Under the pieces are notes generated by a model that was given only the letters and a program-made list of their open reading frames with translations, ran no database searches and was not told the DNA's origin. Below, piece by piece: positions 49,122-58,742 of a stretch of DNA of 64,000 nucleotides (the stretch's first letter is position 1; each line of letters opens with the position of its first letter). Position numbers and translations under genes: made by a program. The stretch is from Acidobacteriota bacterium. Lineage in GTDB: Bacteria; Acidobacteriota; UBA6911; RPQK01; JADFOI01. Where the stretch lies: positions 672,001-736,000 of the forward strand of contig OY760074.1 of the NCBI GenBank assembly GCA_963663035.1, read 5' to 3'.

Positions 49122-50681
49122 ATGCAAGTTTCTACTCTGATCGGCTCCGCAATAGTGGCGGCGGTGGCAGTCATGGTCTGGTTTGTGATGAAGATCCGTT
49201 TTGTAGACCAGCGTGTCGTGGAAGCGAAAAGGAAGGTGGAAGAGATTAGGGAGGCAGCCCAACAGGATGCCGAAAGACTGAAGAAGGAGAAGCTGGTAGA
49301 GGCCAAAGATGAGATCTTTACCTGGCGTTCCGAGGCGGAGAAAGAGCTACACGAAGGTCGACGGAAGTTCAATAAGTGGGAGCGGAACCTGAGTCGACAA
49401 GAAGATAATCTGCAAAGTAAAGAACAGGAAATACTTCGCAATGAGAAGGATTCTAATCGACGCTTGACGAAGCTCCAACATCGGGAAAGGGGATTGGCTG
49501 AAGGGGAACGAAATTTAGAAGAGGCCCGGGCAGATCAAATCAAGCGATTGGAAGCTGTGGCCGGGATGACCGCCGAAGAAGCCAAGAATGTTCTCATGCA
49601 GTCCATCAGAGAACAAGCCTTGGGTGATGCGGCCATGTTGGCCAAACGACTTGAGGAGGAGGCTCGGGAAACTGCCACCCGTGAGGCTCGAAAAGTTCTC
49701 GCCCAAGCCATTCAACGCTGTGCTGCGGCACACGTGGTGGAGTCTTCAGTTTCTGTTGTGGATCTTCCCTCAGATGATATGAAGGGGCGAATCATCGGAA
49801 GAGAAGGGAGAAATATCCGTGCCTTGGAGCAGGCGACTGGTATTGACCTGATTGTCGATGACACTCCAGAGGCGGTGATCTTGTCAGGATTCGACCCGCT
49901 GCGCCGAGAAATTGCCAGACTGTCGATTGAGCGCCTGATCAAGGATGGACGAATCCATCCGAGTCGTATCGAAGAGGTGGTAAGCAAGGTCAAAAAGGAG
50001 ATGAAGGACACTGCTCTCCGGGAGGGGGAAGAAGTAGCTCTCGAGCTGGGAATTCACGGTATCCATGCGGACCTGCTTCTCTTGGTGGGCAAGCTGAAAT
50101 ATCGAAGCAGCTACGGTCAAAATGTCCTTTCTCACAGCAGAGAAGTGGCCTATCTGGCAGGAATCATGGCTCGCGAAATAGGCGCCAATGTGGCTGTGTG
50201 TAAGCGAGGCGGGCTGCTTCATGATGTCGGAAAGGCCGTTGATCGGGATATGGAGGGAACTCACCTGCAACTGGGAGTGAAGCTGGCCCGAAAATTTCAA
50301 GAGAGTCCCGAGGTGATACATGCGATCGAAGCCCATCATTTTGATGTTGAATTTCGCACCATCGAGGCGATTTTGGTACAGGCTGCCGACGCAACTTCCG
50401 CTGCTCGACCGGGAGCTCGCCGAGAAGTCCTGGAGAGCTATGTCAAGAGACTGGAGCAGCTGGAAGAGATGGCCATGTCATTTTCGGGTGTGTCCAAGGC
50501 CTTTGCTCTCCAGGCGGGACGAGAAGTGCGGATAATCGTCGAGAGTAGTAAGGTTTCAGACGAGCAGGCCTTCTGGTTGACGAAAGATATAACCAAGAAG
50601 ATTGAGAATGAACTCCAGTATCCTGGGCAAATCAAGGTGACCCTTATTCGAGAGATGCGTGTCGTGGACTATGCGAAGTGA
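49122..50681 (+). CDS. rny: Ribonuclease Y
   Basis: N-terminal TM, coiled coil, KH domain (KGRIIGREGRNIR), HD domain (LLHDVGK). Confidence 0.97.
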   Translation: MQVSTLIGSAIVAAVAVMVWFVMKIRFVDQRVVEAKRKVEEIREAAQQDAERLKKEKLVEAKDEIFTWRSEAEKELHEGRRKFNKWERNLSRQEDNLQSKEQEILRNEKDSNRRLTKLQHRERGLAEGERNLEEARADQIKRLEAVAGMTAEEAKNVLMQSIREQALGDAAMLAKRLEEEARETATREARKVLAQAIQRCAAAHVVESSVSVVDLPSDDMKGRIIGREGRNIRALEQATGIDLIVDDTPEAVILSGFDPLRREIARLSIERLIKDGRIHPSRIEEVVSKVKKEMKDTALREGEEVALELGIHGIHADLLLLVGKLKYRSSYGQNVLSHSREVAYLAGIMAREIGANVAVCKRGGLLHDVGKAVDRDMEGTHLQLGVKLARKFQESPEVIHAIEAHHFDVEFRTIEAILVQAADATSAARPGARREVLESYVKRLEQLEEMAMSFSGVSKAFALQAGREVRIIVESSKVSDEQAFWLTKDITKKIENELQYPGQIKVTLIREMRVVDYAK

Positions 50682-50690
50682 GTTCCCGCG

Positions 50691-51467
50691 ATGAAAATTC
50701 TCTTTGTGGGCGATGTCGTGGGGCGGGCCGGTCGAAAGATATTGGAAGAGCGGCTTCCTGAAATCCAACAGGAGCACGAAGTTGAATTCACCATTGTCAA
50801 TGTCGAAAATGCAGCCGGAGGATTTGGGATCACCCCTTCAATAGCTGAGAAGATTCTTGGTTTCGGGGTAGATGTCATGACCTCGGGTAATCACATCTGG
50901 GATAAGAAGGAAGTTTTTGACTATTTTGACCGGCAGCCACGCCTGCTGCGACCGGGCAACTACCCACCCGGGGGACCTGGTCAGTACCAGTTCGTGGGAG
51001 AGGCCCGAAGCGGTGTTCTGGTGGCGGTCATCAATATTCAGGGACGGGTGTTTATGCCGATTATCGACTGTCCCTTTCAGTTCGCTGAGCGCGAAATTCC
51101 GAAGCTGGCAAGACAAGCATCGGTGATCGTGGTTGACTTTCACGCGGAGGCAACTTCTGAAAAGGTTGCCTTCGGCTGGTTCATGAATGGCAAAGTTTCA
51201 GCTGTCATCGGAACACACACACACATCCCGACTGCTGATGCAAGGGTTCTTCCAGAGGGCACGGCTTATATTTCCGACGTGGGCATGACCGGATCTTATG
51301 AATCGGTGATCGGAATGGAAGTCGACTCCTCTCTGTCTCGTTTTCTGACGGGATTACCGTCCCACTTCAAACCGGCAAGCGAAGAGCCCTGCCTGAGTTC
51401 AGTGATCCTGGATATCGACGAGTCCGACGGTTCAGCCCGCTCCATTCGGCGGCTCTCAGTGAATTAG
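50691..51467 (+). CDS. ymdB: YmdB-like metallophosphoesterase
   Basis: GDVVG, NVENAAGG, TSGNHIWD, DFHAEATSEK, GTHTH; follows rny. Confidence 0.93.
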   Translation: MKILFVGDVVGRAGRKILEERLPEIQQEHEVEFTIVNVENAAGGFGITPSIAEKILGFGVDVMTSGNHIWDKKEVFDYFDRQPRLLRPGNYPPGGPGQYQFVGEARSGVLVAVINIQGRVFMPIIDCPFQFAEREIPKLARQASVIVVDFHAEATSEKVAFGWFMNGKVSAVIGTHTHIPTADARVLPEGTAYISDVGMTGSYESVIGMEVDSSLSRFLTGLPSHFKPASEEPCLSSVILDIDESDGSARSIRRLSVN

Positions 51468-51474
51468 TGCAAAG

Positions 51475-51730
51475 CCCGCATTTCTCACACCAGGTCGTCG
51501 CGAAGCGGCGAAAGGGCCGGAAAACAGAGCCGTGGGCTTTAGCCCACGGGCCCGCAGGCTAAAGCCTGCGGCTCCGACTGGCGCGCGAGGGGTACCCGCC
51601 ACGGGTCGGCCCCCGCAAACGTACTCTTGAGTACGTTGAGGATGGCGAGGGGTACCCGCTTGCGGGTCGCGCAACACAGTCAGGTCGTGTCATTCCGCCG
51701 ATGCAGTAGAGCAGGTGTGAGAAGTGCGGG
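51475..51730. mobile_element. MITE copy 4 (type-B ends, with REP doublet)
   Basis: Ends CCCGCATTTCTCACAC ... GTGTGAGAAGTGCGGG; abuts the uvrA stop codon. Confidence 0.85.
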
Positions 51731-54568
51731 TTATAGGTACTTTCCCAGAAACTGACCCGTGTAGGAGCCTTTGACCTTGGCAATGGTCTCCGGAGGACCC
51801 TCGGCGATCAACCGTCCTCCTGCTTCACCGCCCTCGGGTCCCAGATCGATAATCCAATCGGAGCATTTGATGACGTCCAGATTGTGTTCGATGACCAGGA
51901 CGGAGGCACCCTGGGAGATGAGGCGGTCAAAGGCCCGCAGCAACTTGCTAATGTCGTCAAAGTGTAACCCGGTAGTGGGCTCGTCGAAAAGGAAGAGGGG
52001 GCGTGTGGAAGTCTTCCTGGAAAGATAGGAGGCCAGCTTGATTCTCTGGGCTTCTCCCCCTGACAGGGTAGTGGCCGGTTGTCCGAGACGAAGATAACCC
52101 AGACCAACCTCGTCGAGAATTTTGAGCTTTTTCGATAGCCCGGGAGAGGCTCTAAAAAAGTCCATGGCTTCCCGGGCTGTGAGTTGTAAAACTTCGGCGA
52201 TGTTTTTCCCTTTATAGGTGACTTGCAGAATTTTGTTTGAGTAGCGAGTTCCTCTGCAGTCCTCGCACAAGAGCTGGACATCGGCCAGAAACTGCATTTC
52301 CACAGTGATCGTGCCGGCTCCATTACAACTCTGGCATCGGCCGCCAGGAATGTTGAATGAGAAATTTCCCGGGGAGAAATTGTGGGAGCGAGCCTGTCGC
52401 TGGGAAGCGAAAATCTTCCGAATCTGATCGAAGGCCTTGATGTAGGTCACTGGGTTGGATCGAGGAGTCCTTCCAATAGGGGTTTGATCGACGAGTAAAA
52501 CCTCGCTCAGCTGTTCATCTCCTTCAATACAATCGAAGTCGCCAACGGTCTCTTTCCAGTCTCCCCTGAGCTTTTTTAGTCCCTTATAAAGAACTTCGTG
52601 GACAAGTGTGGATTTTCCCGATCCGGACACCCCAGTGATGCACACCAGAACTCCCAGGGGAATGCGCACCGTCAGATTTTGAAGGTTATGCTGTCGGGCC
52701 CCCTGGATGGTCAGGAAGTTACCGTTGCTGGAACGTCGAAAGACTGGCGTGGGGATCTTTTGCTTTCCCGTAAGATACTGGCCCGTAACAGAATTCGCAT
52801 TGGTCAGCAGTGAAGAGAGATCTCCGTTGTGTATGACCTCTCCTCCCCGTTCACCCGCTCCAGGGCCCATGTCGATGATGCGATCCGCTGCCTCGATCAT
52901 CTCCTTTTCGTGTTCCACGACTACGATGGTGTTGCCAAGATCACGAAGCTTTTGGAGAATCTCAATGAGCCGCCTTTCATCCCTGCAGTGCAGGCCAATC
53001 GAGGGTTCATCCAGGATATAAAGAGTGCCGACCAGAGAAGAACTCAAAGAGGCGGCCAGGTGAATACGCTGCATCTCCCCTCCGCTGAGGGTCGAAGTCA
53101 ATCGAGCAAGAGTCAGGTATTCCAGGCCGACCTTGGTCAAAAAGTCCAGACGCTGCTTGATTTCCCACAGAATTCTCTCGGCAATCTTGAGCTGAGGCGG
53201 GGAAAGAGGACATTTCGAAAAGAATTTCTGGATGTCGGAGATCGGCAAGGCGATCAACTCAGTAATTCTCTTCTCACCCACGTGGACGTCTCTAGCTTCC
53301 TGGCAAAGACGCTCTCCGCCACAGTCGGGACAGAGGGTATAACCGCGGTACCGGCTGATATAGATGCGCACGTGCATCTTGTATTTTTTCTTCTCCAAGT
53401 AGGCAAAGAATCCCTTCACACCAGGAAAACCACCCTCTCCATTCCAGATCTTGCGGCGGACCTGCTCAGGAAGCTGGTGAAAGGGCCTGTCAAGAGGGAT
53501 TTTCTTTTCCCCAGCATAAGTCTCTAGCTTCTTCTGAAAACGACGGTAACGAGGTTTGGAAAAAGGCTCAATAGGGCCTTCAAGAATGGTTTTGGTCGGA
53601 TCGGGGATGATCAGTTCCGGATCAAGGCTGATGGTGTTCCCAAAACCCTGACAGGTCGGACAAGCTCCGTAGGGGTTGTTGAAGGAGAACAATCGAGGAT
53701 CCAGGCTGCGATAGGAGATATTACAGTACTGACATTCAAATCTCTCTGTGAAGCGGAGGGGCTTGCTTGATTTTGCACCGGATTTCCCATCCAGAACATA
53801 AACTTGGGCGATTCCATTTCCCTCTCGGTAGCAGAGCTCCAGAGAATCTGCGAGACGATCTCCAACGTCAGGTTGAATCACCAGCCGGTCCAGCAGAATC
53901 TCGCTCCGCTCCAGCTCCTCAAGTGATCGAATTTCGTCTTCTGGAAGATGACGAAGAGAGCCTTCATTCGAGATCTCTCCGACAATGAGGCGGCGGAAAC
54001 CCTGTTTCAGGAGATTTTCGAGGATCAGCTTGAACGGGAAGTCCTTCTCTGGATGGTCTGAGTTGAGGTCCAGGCGGCTCCCCTTGAAGGGAAAGGTGAC
54101 ATAGATGCGGGCTCCTTCCGGCAGAGACATTAATTGCTCAATAACATCATCGATCAAGTTCTTTGTGACTTCTTTACCGCATTCATGGCAAATAATAGTG
54201 CCCACGCGGGAATACAGAAGGCGTAAATGGTCGTAAATTTCCGTGACTGTCCCTACCGTGGAACGTGGATTTCGGGAGGTGTTCTTCTGGCGAATAGCGA
54301 CAGCTGGACTAATTCCAGTAATCTCACGCACTCGGGGCTTGTTGAGTCGCTCCAAGAACTGACGAGCATAGGCGGAAAGCGACTCTACATATCGACGTTG
54401 TCCCTCAGCATAGAGTGTGTCAAAGACTAAACTGGATTTACCTGAACCACTGACTCCCGTCACCACGGTTAGGTGATTGAGCGGGATGTCGACGTCGATA
54501 TTCTTTAGATTGTTTTGCTGGACTCCCAGCAACCGAATACTCTCTCCCGGATGGTCATTCTTCGACAT
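51731..54568 (-). CDS. uvrA: Excinuclease ABC subunit A
   Basis: Two GVSGSGKS Walker A motifs, AEGQRRYVESLS, zinc fingers, LSGGEAQR. Confidence 0.97.
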   Translation of the reverse strand: MSKNDHPGESIRLLGVQQNNLKNIDVDIPLNHLTVVTGVSGSGKSSLVFDTLYAEGQRRYVESLSAYARQFLERLNKPRVREITGISPAVAIRQKNTSRNPRSTVGTVTEIYDHLRLLYSRVGTIICHECGKEVTKNLIDDVIEQLMSLPEGARIYVTFPFKGSRLDLNSDHPEKDFPFKLILENLLKQGFRRLIVGEISNEGSLRHLPEDEIRSLEELERSEILLDRLVIQPDVGDRLADSLELCYREGNGIAQVYVLDGKSGAKSSKPLRFTERFECQYCNISYRSLDPRLFSFNNPYGACPTCQGFGNTISLDPELIIPDPTKTILEGPIEPFSKPRYRRFQKKLETYAGEKKIPLDRPFHQLPEQVRRKIWNGEGGFPGVKGFFAYLEKKKYKMHVRIYISRYRGYTLCPDCGGERLCQEARDVHVGEKRITELIALPISDIQKFFSKCPLSPPQLKIAERILWEIKQRLDFLTKVGLEYLTLARLTSTLSGGEMQRIHLAASLSSSLVGTLYILDEPSIGLHCRDERRLIEILQKLRDLGNTIVVVEHEKEMIEAADRIIDMGPGAGERGGEVIHNGDLSSLLTNANSVTGQYLTGKQKIPTPVFRRSSNGNFLTIQGARQHNLQNLTVRIPLGVLVCITGVSGSGKSTLVHEVLYKGLKKLRGDWKETVGDFDCIEGDEQLSEVLLVDQTPIGRTPRSNPVTYIKAFDQIRKIFASQRQARSHNFSPGNFSFNIPGGRCQSCNGAGTITVEMQFLADVQLLCEDCRGTRYSNKILQVTYKGKNIAEVLQLTAREAMDFFRASPGLSKKLKILDEVGLGYLRLGQPATTLSGGEAQRIKLASYLSRKTSTRPLFLFDEPTTGLHFDDISKLLRAFDRLISQGASVLVIEHNLDVIKCSDWIIDLGPEGGEAGGRLIAEGPPETIAKVKGSYTGQFLGKYL

Positions 54569-54626
54569 AGGAAAACCACCAGTCTACCATTGAACGCTTT
54601 AGCTCACGTGTTATAGTAGCTCCTCA

Positions 54627-55616
54627 ATGAAAATTAAAGCGGTCAGGCCTTCCATAGCGCTCCCAGGAGGAACCGTTCAAGTTGAGGTGGAGGGACTTGA
54701 GGACCCCTCGAATGTCCAGGTCGAAGTGGGTGATGTCAAAGCCGAGATTACCGGGGCTTCCTCCCGTACCTTGACTCTTAGGATTCCTGAAGGATGTGGG
54801 GACGGGCTGGTGGTTCGCAGTCAAGGGGAAGAGCGCATCGACCTGAAGGTTGGTCGTCTGATCGCCTCCGAGCTCCATCCGGTGTCCAATCCAGTGGTGG
54901 ACTCGAAGGGTAACGTGTATGTGACTTTCAGTGGCACTCGGGGGGAAAAGGTTCCCTTTAGTGTCTACGTGGTTCATGCCGATGGAAGCAAGCATCCTTT
55001 CCTTGCCGAGGTGGTCAATCCGACAGGTTTGGCTATTGGTTCCGACGATTGTCTCTATATCACCAGCCGACACACAGGAACTGTCTATCGGTCCACTTTC
55101 GATAAGCGAATTGACAAATTTGTGGAGGGACTCGGATTGGCGACGGGACTGGTTTTCGATTCACAACAGAATCTTCTGGTAGGAGATCGAGACGGCAAGA
55201 TCTACAAGGTCACTCCCAAGCAGGAGGTATCTGTTCTTTGTCAGTTGGAACCCAGTATTTCCGCTTATCATCTGGCAGTGGCCCCGGATGACACCCTTTT
55301 TGTGACGGGTCCGACGCTGTCCACCCAGGACTGTATTTATCAGGTGTCTAAGGAAGGTGAAAGTCAGGTCTTCTTCAAAGGGTTAGGACGCCCCCAGGGA
55401 CTGGGATTCGACCCGCAGGGAAAGCTGCAGGTGGCAGCCTCCTGTCAAGGCAAAAAGGGGCTATACACCTTCCAAAATGGTACTCCTGTTCTGACTGTTT
55501 CCGGACCCATGCTGGTCGGTCTTGCCTACGACAAGAAAGGAACTTCCCTCTATCTGGTGAACAGCACAAGTCTCTTCCGGGTGGAGATGGGTGAAAAGCT
55601 GACAACTGACATCTGA
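54627..55616 (+). CDS. IPT/TIG domain plus beta-propeller (NHL/SMP-30-like) protein
   Basis: N-terminal beta-sandwich-like region, then repeated PTGLA/ATGLVFD/PQGLGFD blades. Confidence 0.75.
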   Translation: MKIKAVRPSIALPGGTVQVEVEGLEDPSNVQVEVGDVKAEITGASSRTLTLRIPEGCGDGLVVRSQGEERIDLKVGRLIASELHPVSNPVVDSKGNVYVTFSGTRGEKVPFSVYVVHADGSKHPFLAEVVNPTGLAIGSDDCLYITSRHTGTVYRSTFDKRIDKFVEGLGLATGLVFDSQQNLLVGDRDGKIYKVTPKQEVSVLCQLEPSISAYHLAVAPDDTLFVTGPTLSTQDCIYQVSKEGESQVFFKGLGRPQGLGFDPQGKLQVAASCQGKKGLYTFQNGTPVLTVSGPMLVGLAYDKKGTSLYLVNSTSLFRVEMGEKLTTDI

Positions 55617-55621
55617 CACCT

Positions 55622-56737
55622 GTGTCTACTACCTTTCGAGTTCTGGCTCGAGATGAGCAAACTCATGCCCGGCAAGGGGTACTGCAAACCAGGCATGGTA
55701 AGGTTGATACTCCGGTTTTCATGCCGGTCGGAACGGCCGGAACAGTCAAGGCCATGCCCCATGAGTTTCTGGAAGCTCTGGAAACCCAGATCATCCTGGC
55801 CAACACCTACCATCTCTATCTTCGTCCCGGCGAGCAGGTCATCCGAAGCCAAGGCGGACTTCACCGTTTCATGTCCTGGAAGGGGCCGATACTGACCGAT
55901 AGCGGCGGCTATCAGGTCTTTAGCCACCAGGCGCTCAGAAAGATCACAGAAGAAGGAGTCAAATTTCGGTCCCACCTGGATGGGACTACTCATTTTTTCT
56001 CTCCGGAGAAGTCCATCCAGATTCAGCAGACATTTGGCTCGGACATCATTATGACGTTCGATGAGTGCACTCCCTACCCGGTCAGTGAGCGGGAAGCCAA
56101 AGAGTCTATGCGCCGTTCAATGCGTTGGGCCCAGCGCTGTAAGGAGGTTCATGACAGTGATGGGCCGGCTCTGTTTGGAATTGTTCAGGGAAGTGTCTTC
56201 CTTCAGCTGCGAAGAGAGAGTGTGGAGCGTCTGTGTGCAATCAATCTTCCAGGTTTGGCACTGGGCGGCCTTGGTGTAGGAGAGCCGAGGCTGTTGATGT
56301 ACGAGCTGATCGCAGACCTTGAGAGTTTGATGCCGCAGGACAAGCCCCGTTATCTCATGGGGATGGGTACTCCCCTGGACTTGTTGTTCTGCGTCAAACA
56401 GGGAATGGATATGTTTGACTGTGTTCTCCCCACTCGAAATGCCCGAAACGGGACGTTATTCACTTCAGTCGGGCGGGTTCGTATCAAGAATACCTGCTAT
56501 CGACATGATGAAGGACCTCTGGATCCTCACTGCGAGTGCTTGGTCTGCAAACGCTACAGTCGAAGCTATCTGAGGCATCTCTTTGTTTCGGGCGAGATTG
56601 TTTCAAGTATCTTGAATACCTATCATAATCTCTATTTTTACCTTGACTTAATGGAGAAGATTCGACAAAGTATCGCGCTCAATTCGCTTACAGAATTTGA
56701 GGGGCGCTTTCGAGAGCGCTATACCGAGTCTGCCTGA
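55622..56737 (+). CDS. tgt: tRNA-guanine transglycosylase
   Basis: TPVFMPVGT, ANTYHL, TDSGGYQ, DMFDCVLPTR, CECLVC. Confidence 0.97.
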   Translation: MSTTFRVLARDEQTHARQGVLQTRHGKVDTPVFMPVGTAGTVKAMPHEFLEALETQIILANTYHLYLRPGEQVIRSQGGLHRFMSWKGPILTDSGGYQVFSHQALRKITEEGVKFRSHLDGTTHFFSPEKSIQIQQTFGSDIIMTFDECTPYPVSEREAKESMRRSMRWAQRCKEVHDSDGPALFGIVQGSVFLQLRRESVERLCAINLPGLALGGLGVGEPRLLMYELIADLESLMPQDKPRYLMGMGTPLDLLFCVKQGMDMFDCVLPTRNARNGTLFTSVGRVRIKNTCYRHDEGPLDPHCECLVCKRYSRSYLRHLFVSGEIVSSILNTYHNLYFYLDLMEKIRQSIALNSLTEFEGRFRERYTESA

Positions 56738-56756
56738 GAAATCTGTGATATAAGGA

Positions 56757-57101
56757 GTGACGATGTTTCCCTTCATACTGGCGCAGCAGGGCTCGTCTCC
56801 GCAGACTGGATTGTTTGGGCTCTTGCCCTTCATCCTCATCGCAGGGATCTTTTATCTTTTGATTATCCGCCCCATGCGCAGTCGTCAGAAGAGTCTGGAC
56901 TCTCTGATCACCAGCCTGAAAAATGGTGACAAAGTGATTACCACCGGTGGAGTCTATGGAACGATTGCAGGAGTGAGGGAGAACACATTTCTTCTCAAGG
57001 TGGCTGATCAGGTGAAGATGGAGGTGGCAAAAAACGCGGTTGCCTCACTGCAATCGCCGTCGGAGAACTCCACCTCCCAGAAAGTTCCGTCTAAGTCATG
57101 A
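56757..57101 (+). CDS. yajC: Preprotein translocase subunit YajC
   Basis: FYLLIIRP, GDKVITTGGVYG. Confidence 0.95.
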   Translation: MTMFPFILAQQGSSPQTGLFGLLPFILIAGIFYLLIIRPMRSRQKSLDSLITSLKNGDKVITTGGVYGTIAGVRENTFLLKVADQVKMEVAKNAVASLQSPSENSTSQKVPSKS

Positions 57102-58684
57102 AACGAGATTTACAATATCGGTTGGGTTTCATTTTCGTTGTCCTGATCGTCAGTATTCTTCTCTTCTATCCCCCCTCCCAGAAGATCAATTTGGGTTTGG
57201 ATCTCAAGGGTGGCATTCACCTGGTGCTGCAGGTCGTGACCAGCGATGCTCTGGAGGCAAGAGTCAACCAGCTTCGGGAGTTGATCGAGGCGGATCTGGG
57301 AGAAGATGGAATCGTCTTTACCCGCACCCAGGTCACTGAGGACTTCGACATTGAAATTTTGGGAGCTTCTAGGGATCAGCAGCAGGAACTGGAAGATAAC
57401 TTGCGCCTCCACTCACTGGACTGGACTTATCAGATTCAGTCTCGGGATGGAGAGGTCGATGCTGTAATGTCAATGACCGAGGCAGCCAAGTTGAGGACGG
57501 CCGACGAGACGGTTCAGCAGGCCAAAGAGACGATTCAGAGGCGCGTTGATCAGTACGGTGTGGCCGAGCCGACGATTACGGTTTATGGAAGTGGTCAGCT
57601 GAAAGACCAGATCATCGTGGAGCTGCCGGGAGTTGAGGATTTTGATCGTGTCCTTGACCTCATCAAGAACACGGCCAGACTTGAACTCAAGCTTGTCCAT
57701 CCCAGCCAGGGAGGCCCCTATTCCACCCGGGCCCTGGCGCTGGCAGCCTTTGGCACCGGCCTTCCCTCAGATTATGAAATCCTGCCCATGCGGGAGCCGA
57801 CTGACAGCGGAGATCAAACCCTGTATATGGTGGTGCGCAAGGCTCCTTCCATCACTGGGGAGCATCTCAAGGATGCCCGTCGCTCCCAGGATAGCTTCAC
57901 CATGCGTGCGGAGATCGTATTTTTCCTAAAGGCTGAGGGGGTGGCGTTGTTTAGCCGGACCACCGAACAGAACGTGGGCAATCGGCTGGCCGTGGTGCTG
58001 GATGACGAGATTCGCTCGGCTCCCAATATTAACGAGAGGATCGCCACCGAATCGGCTCGAATCACGGGAAGCTTTACCCCTGAGCAAGCGGAGGATCTGG
58101 CCCTGGTCTTGCGCTCTGGAGCCCTTCCAGCTGCCATTCAGATTCTCGAAAATCGGATCATTGGGCCTTCTCTGGGACTGGCCTCCATTCGAAGAGGAAT
58201 CACCGCATCCCTGGTGGGCCTGACTCTGGTGGTGGCGGGAATGCTTGTGGTGTACAGACTCTCGGGGCTGAATGCGATCTTGTGTCTCATGATCAACCTC
58301 CTCATCCTTCTTGGAGTGCTGTCCTATTTTCATGCTACCTTAACCCTCCCGGGAATTGCCGGGGTGATCTTGACCATTGGCATGGCAGTGGATGCCAATA
58401 TTCTGATATTCGAGAGAATCAAGGAAGAGATCGGTGTGGGGAAGACCGTTCGCAGCGCGGTCGCTGCGGGCTTTGACCGGGTTTTTTCCACGATCATCGA
58501 TACCAATACCACAACTCTGATTGCCGCACTTTTCCTTTTTCAGTTTGGAACCGGTCCCGTACGCGGCTTTGCAGTGACCTTGATCGTTGGCCTGCTGGCC
58601 AATATTTTCACTGCCGTTTTTGTTTCAAGGACAATCTTTCGCTTGATTCTGGAGAGGCGTGCTGTGGAGCGGCTTTCCATTTAA
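57098..58684 (+). CDS. secD: Protein translocase subunit SecD
   Basis: LGLDLKGG, RVDQYGVAEP, LRSGALP, GMAVDANILIFERIKEE. Confidence 0.97.
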   Translation: MKRDLQYRLGFIFVVLIVSILLFYPPSQKINLGLDLKGGIHLVLQVVTSDALEARVNQLRELIEADLGEDGIVFTRTQVTEDFDIEILGASRDQQQELEDNLRLHSLDWTYQIQSRDGEVDAVMSMTEAAKLRTADETVQQAKETIQRRVDQYGVAEPTITVYGSGQLKDQIIVELPGVEDFDRVLDLIKNTARLELKLVHPSQGGPYSTRALALAAFGTGLPSDYEILPMREPTDSGDQTLYMVVRKAPSITGEHLKDARRSQDSFTMRAEIVFFLKAEGVALFSRTTEQNVGNRLAVVLDDEIRSAPNINERIATESARITGSFTPEQAEDLALVLRSGALPAAIQILENRIIGPSLGLASIRRGITASLVGLTLVVAGMLVVYRLSGLNAILCLMINLLILLGVLSYFHATLTLPGIAGVILTIGMAVDANILIFERIKEEIGVGKTVRSAVAAGFDRVFSTIIDTNTTTLIAALFLFQFGTGPVRGFAVTLIVGLLANIFTAVFVSRTIFRLILERRAVERLSI

Positions 58685-58742
58685 TAAACGAAACAAAAGA
58701 GCCCCCTTGGGGACTAAGTACCCAGCAGCTTAAAGAGACAGT

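Noticed and set aside
54569-54626. LexA box upstream of uvrA
   Set aside because: No convincing GTTC-N7-GTTC, CGAAC-N4-GTTCG or CTGT-N8-ACAG match.
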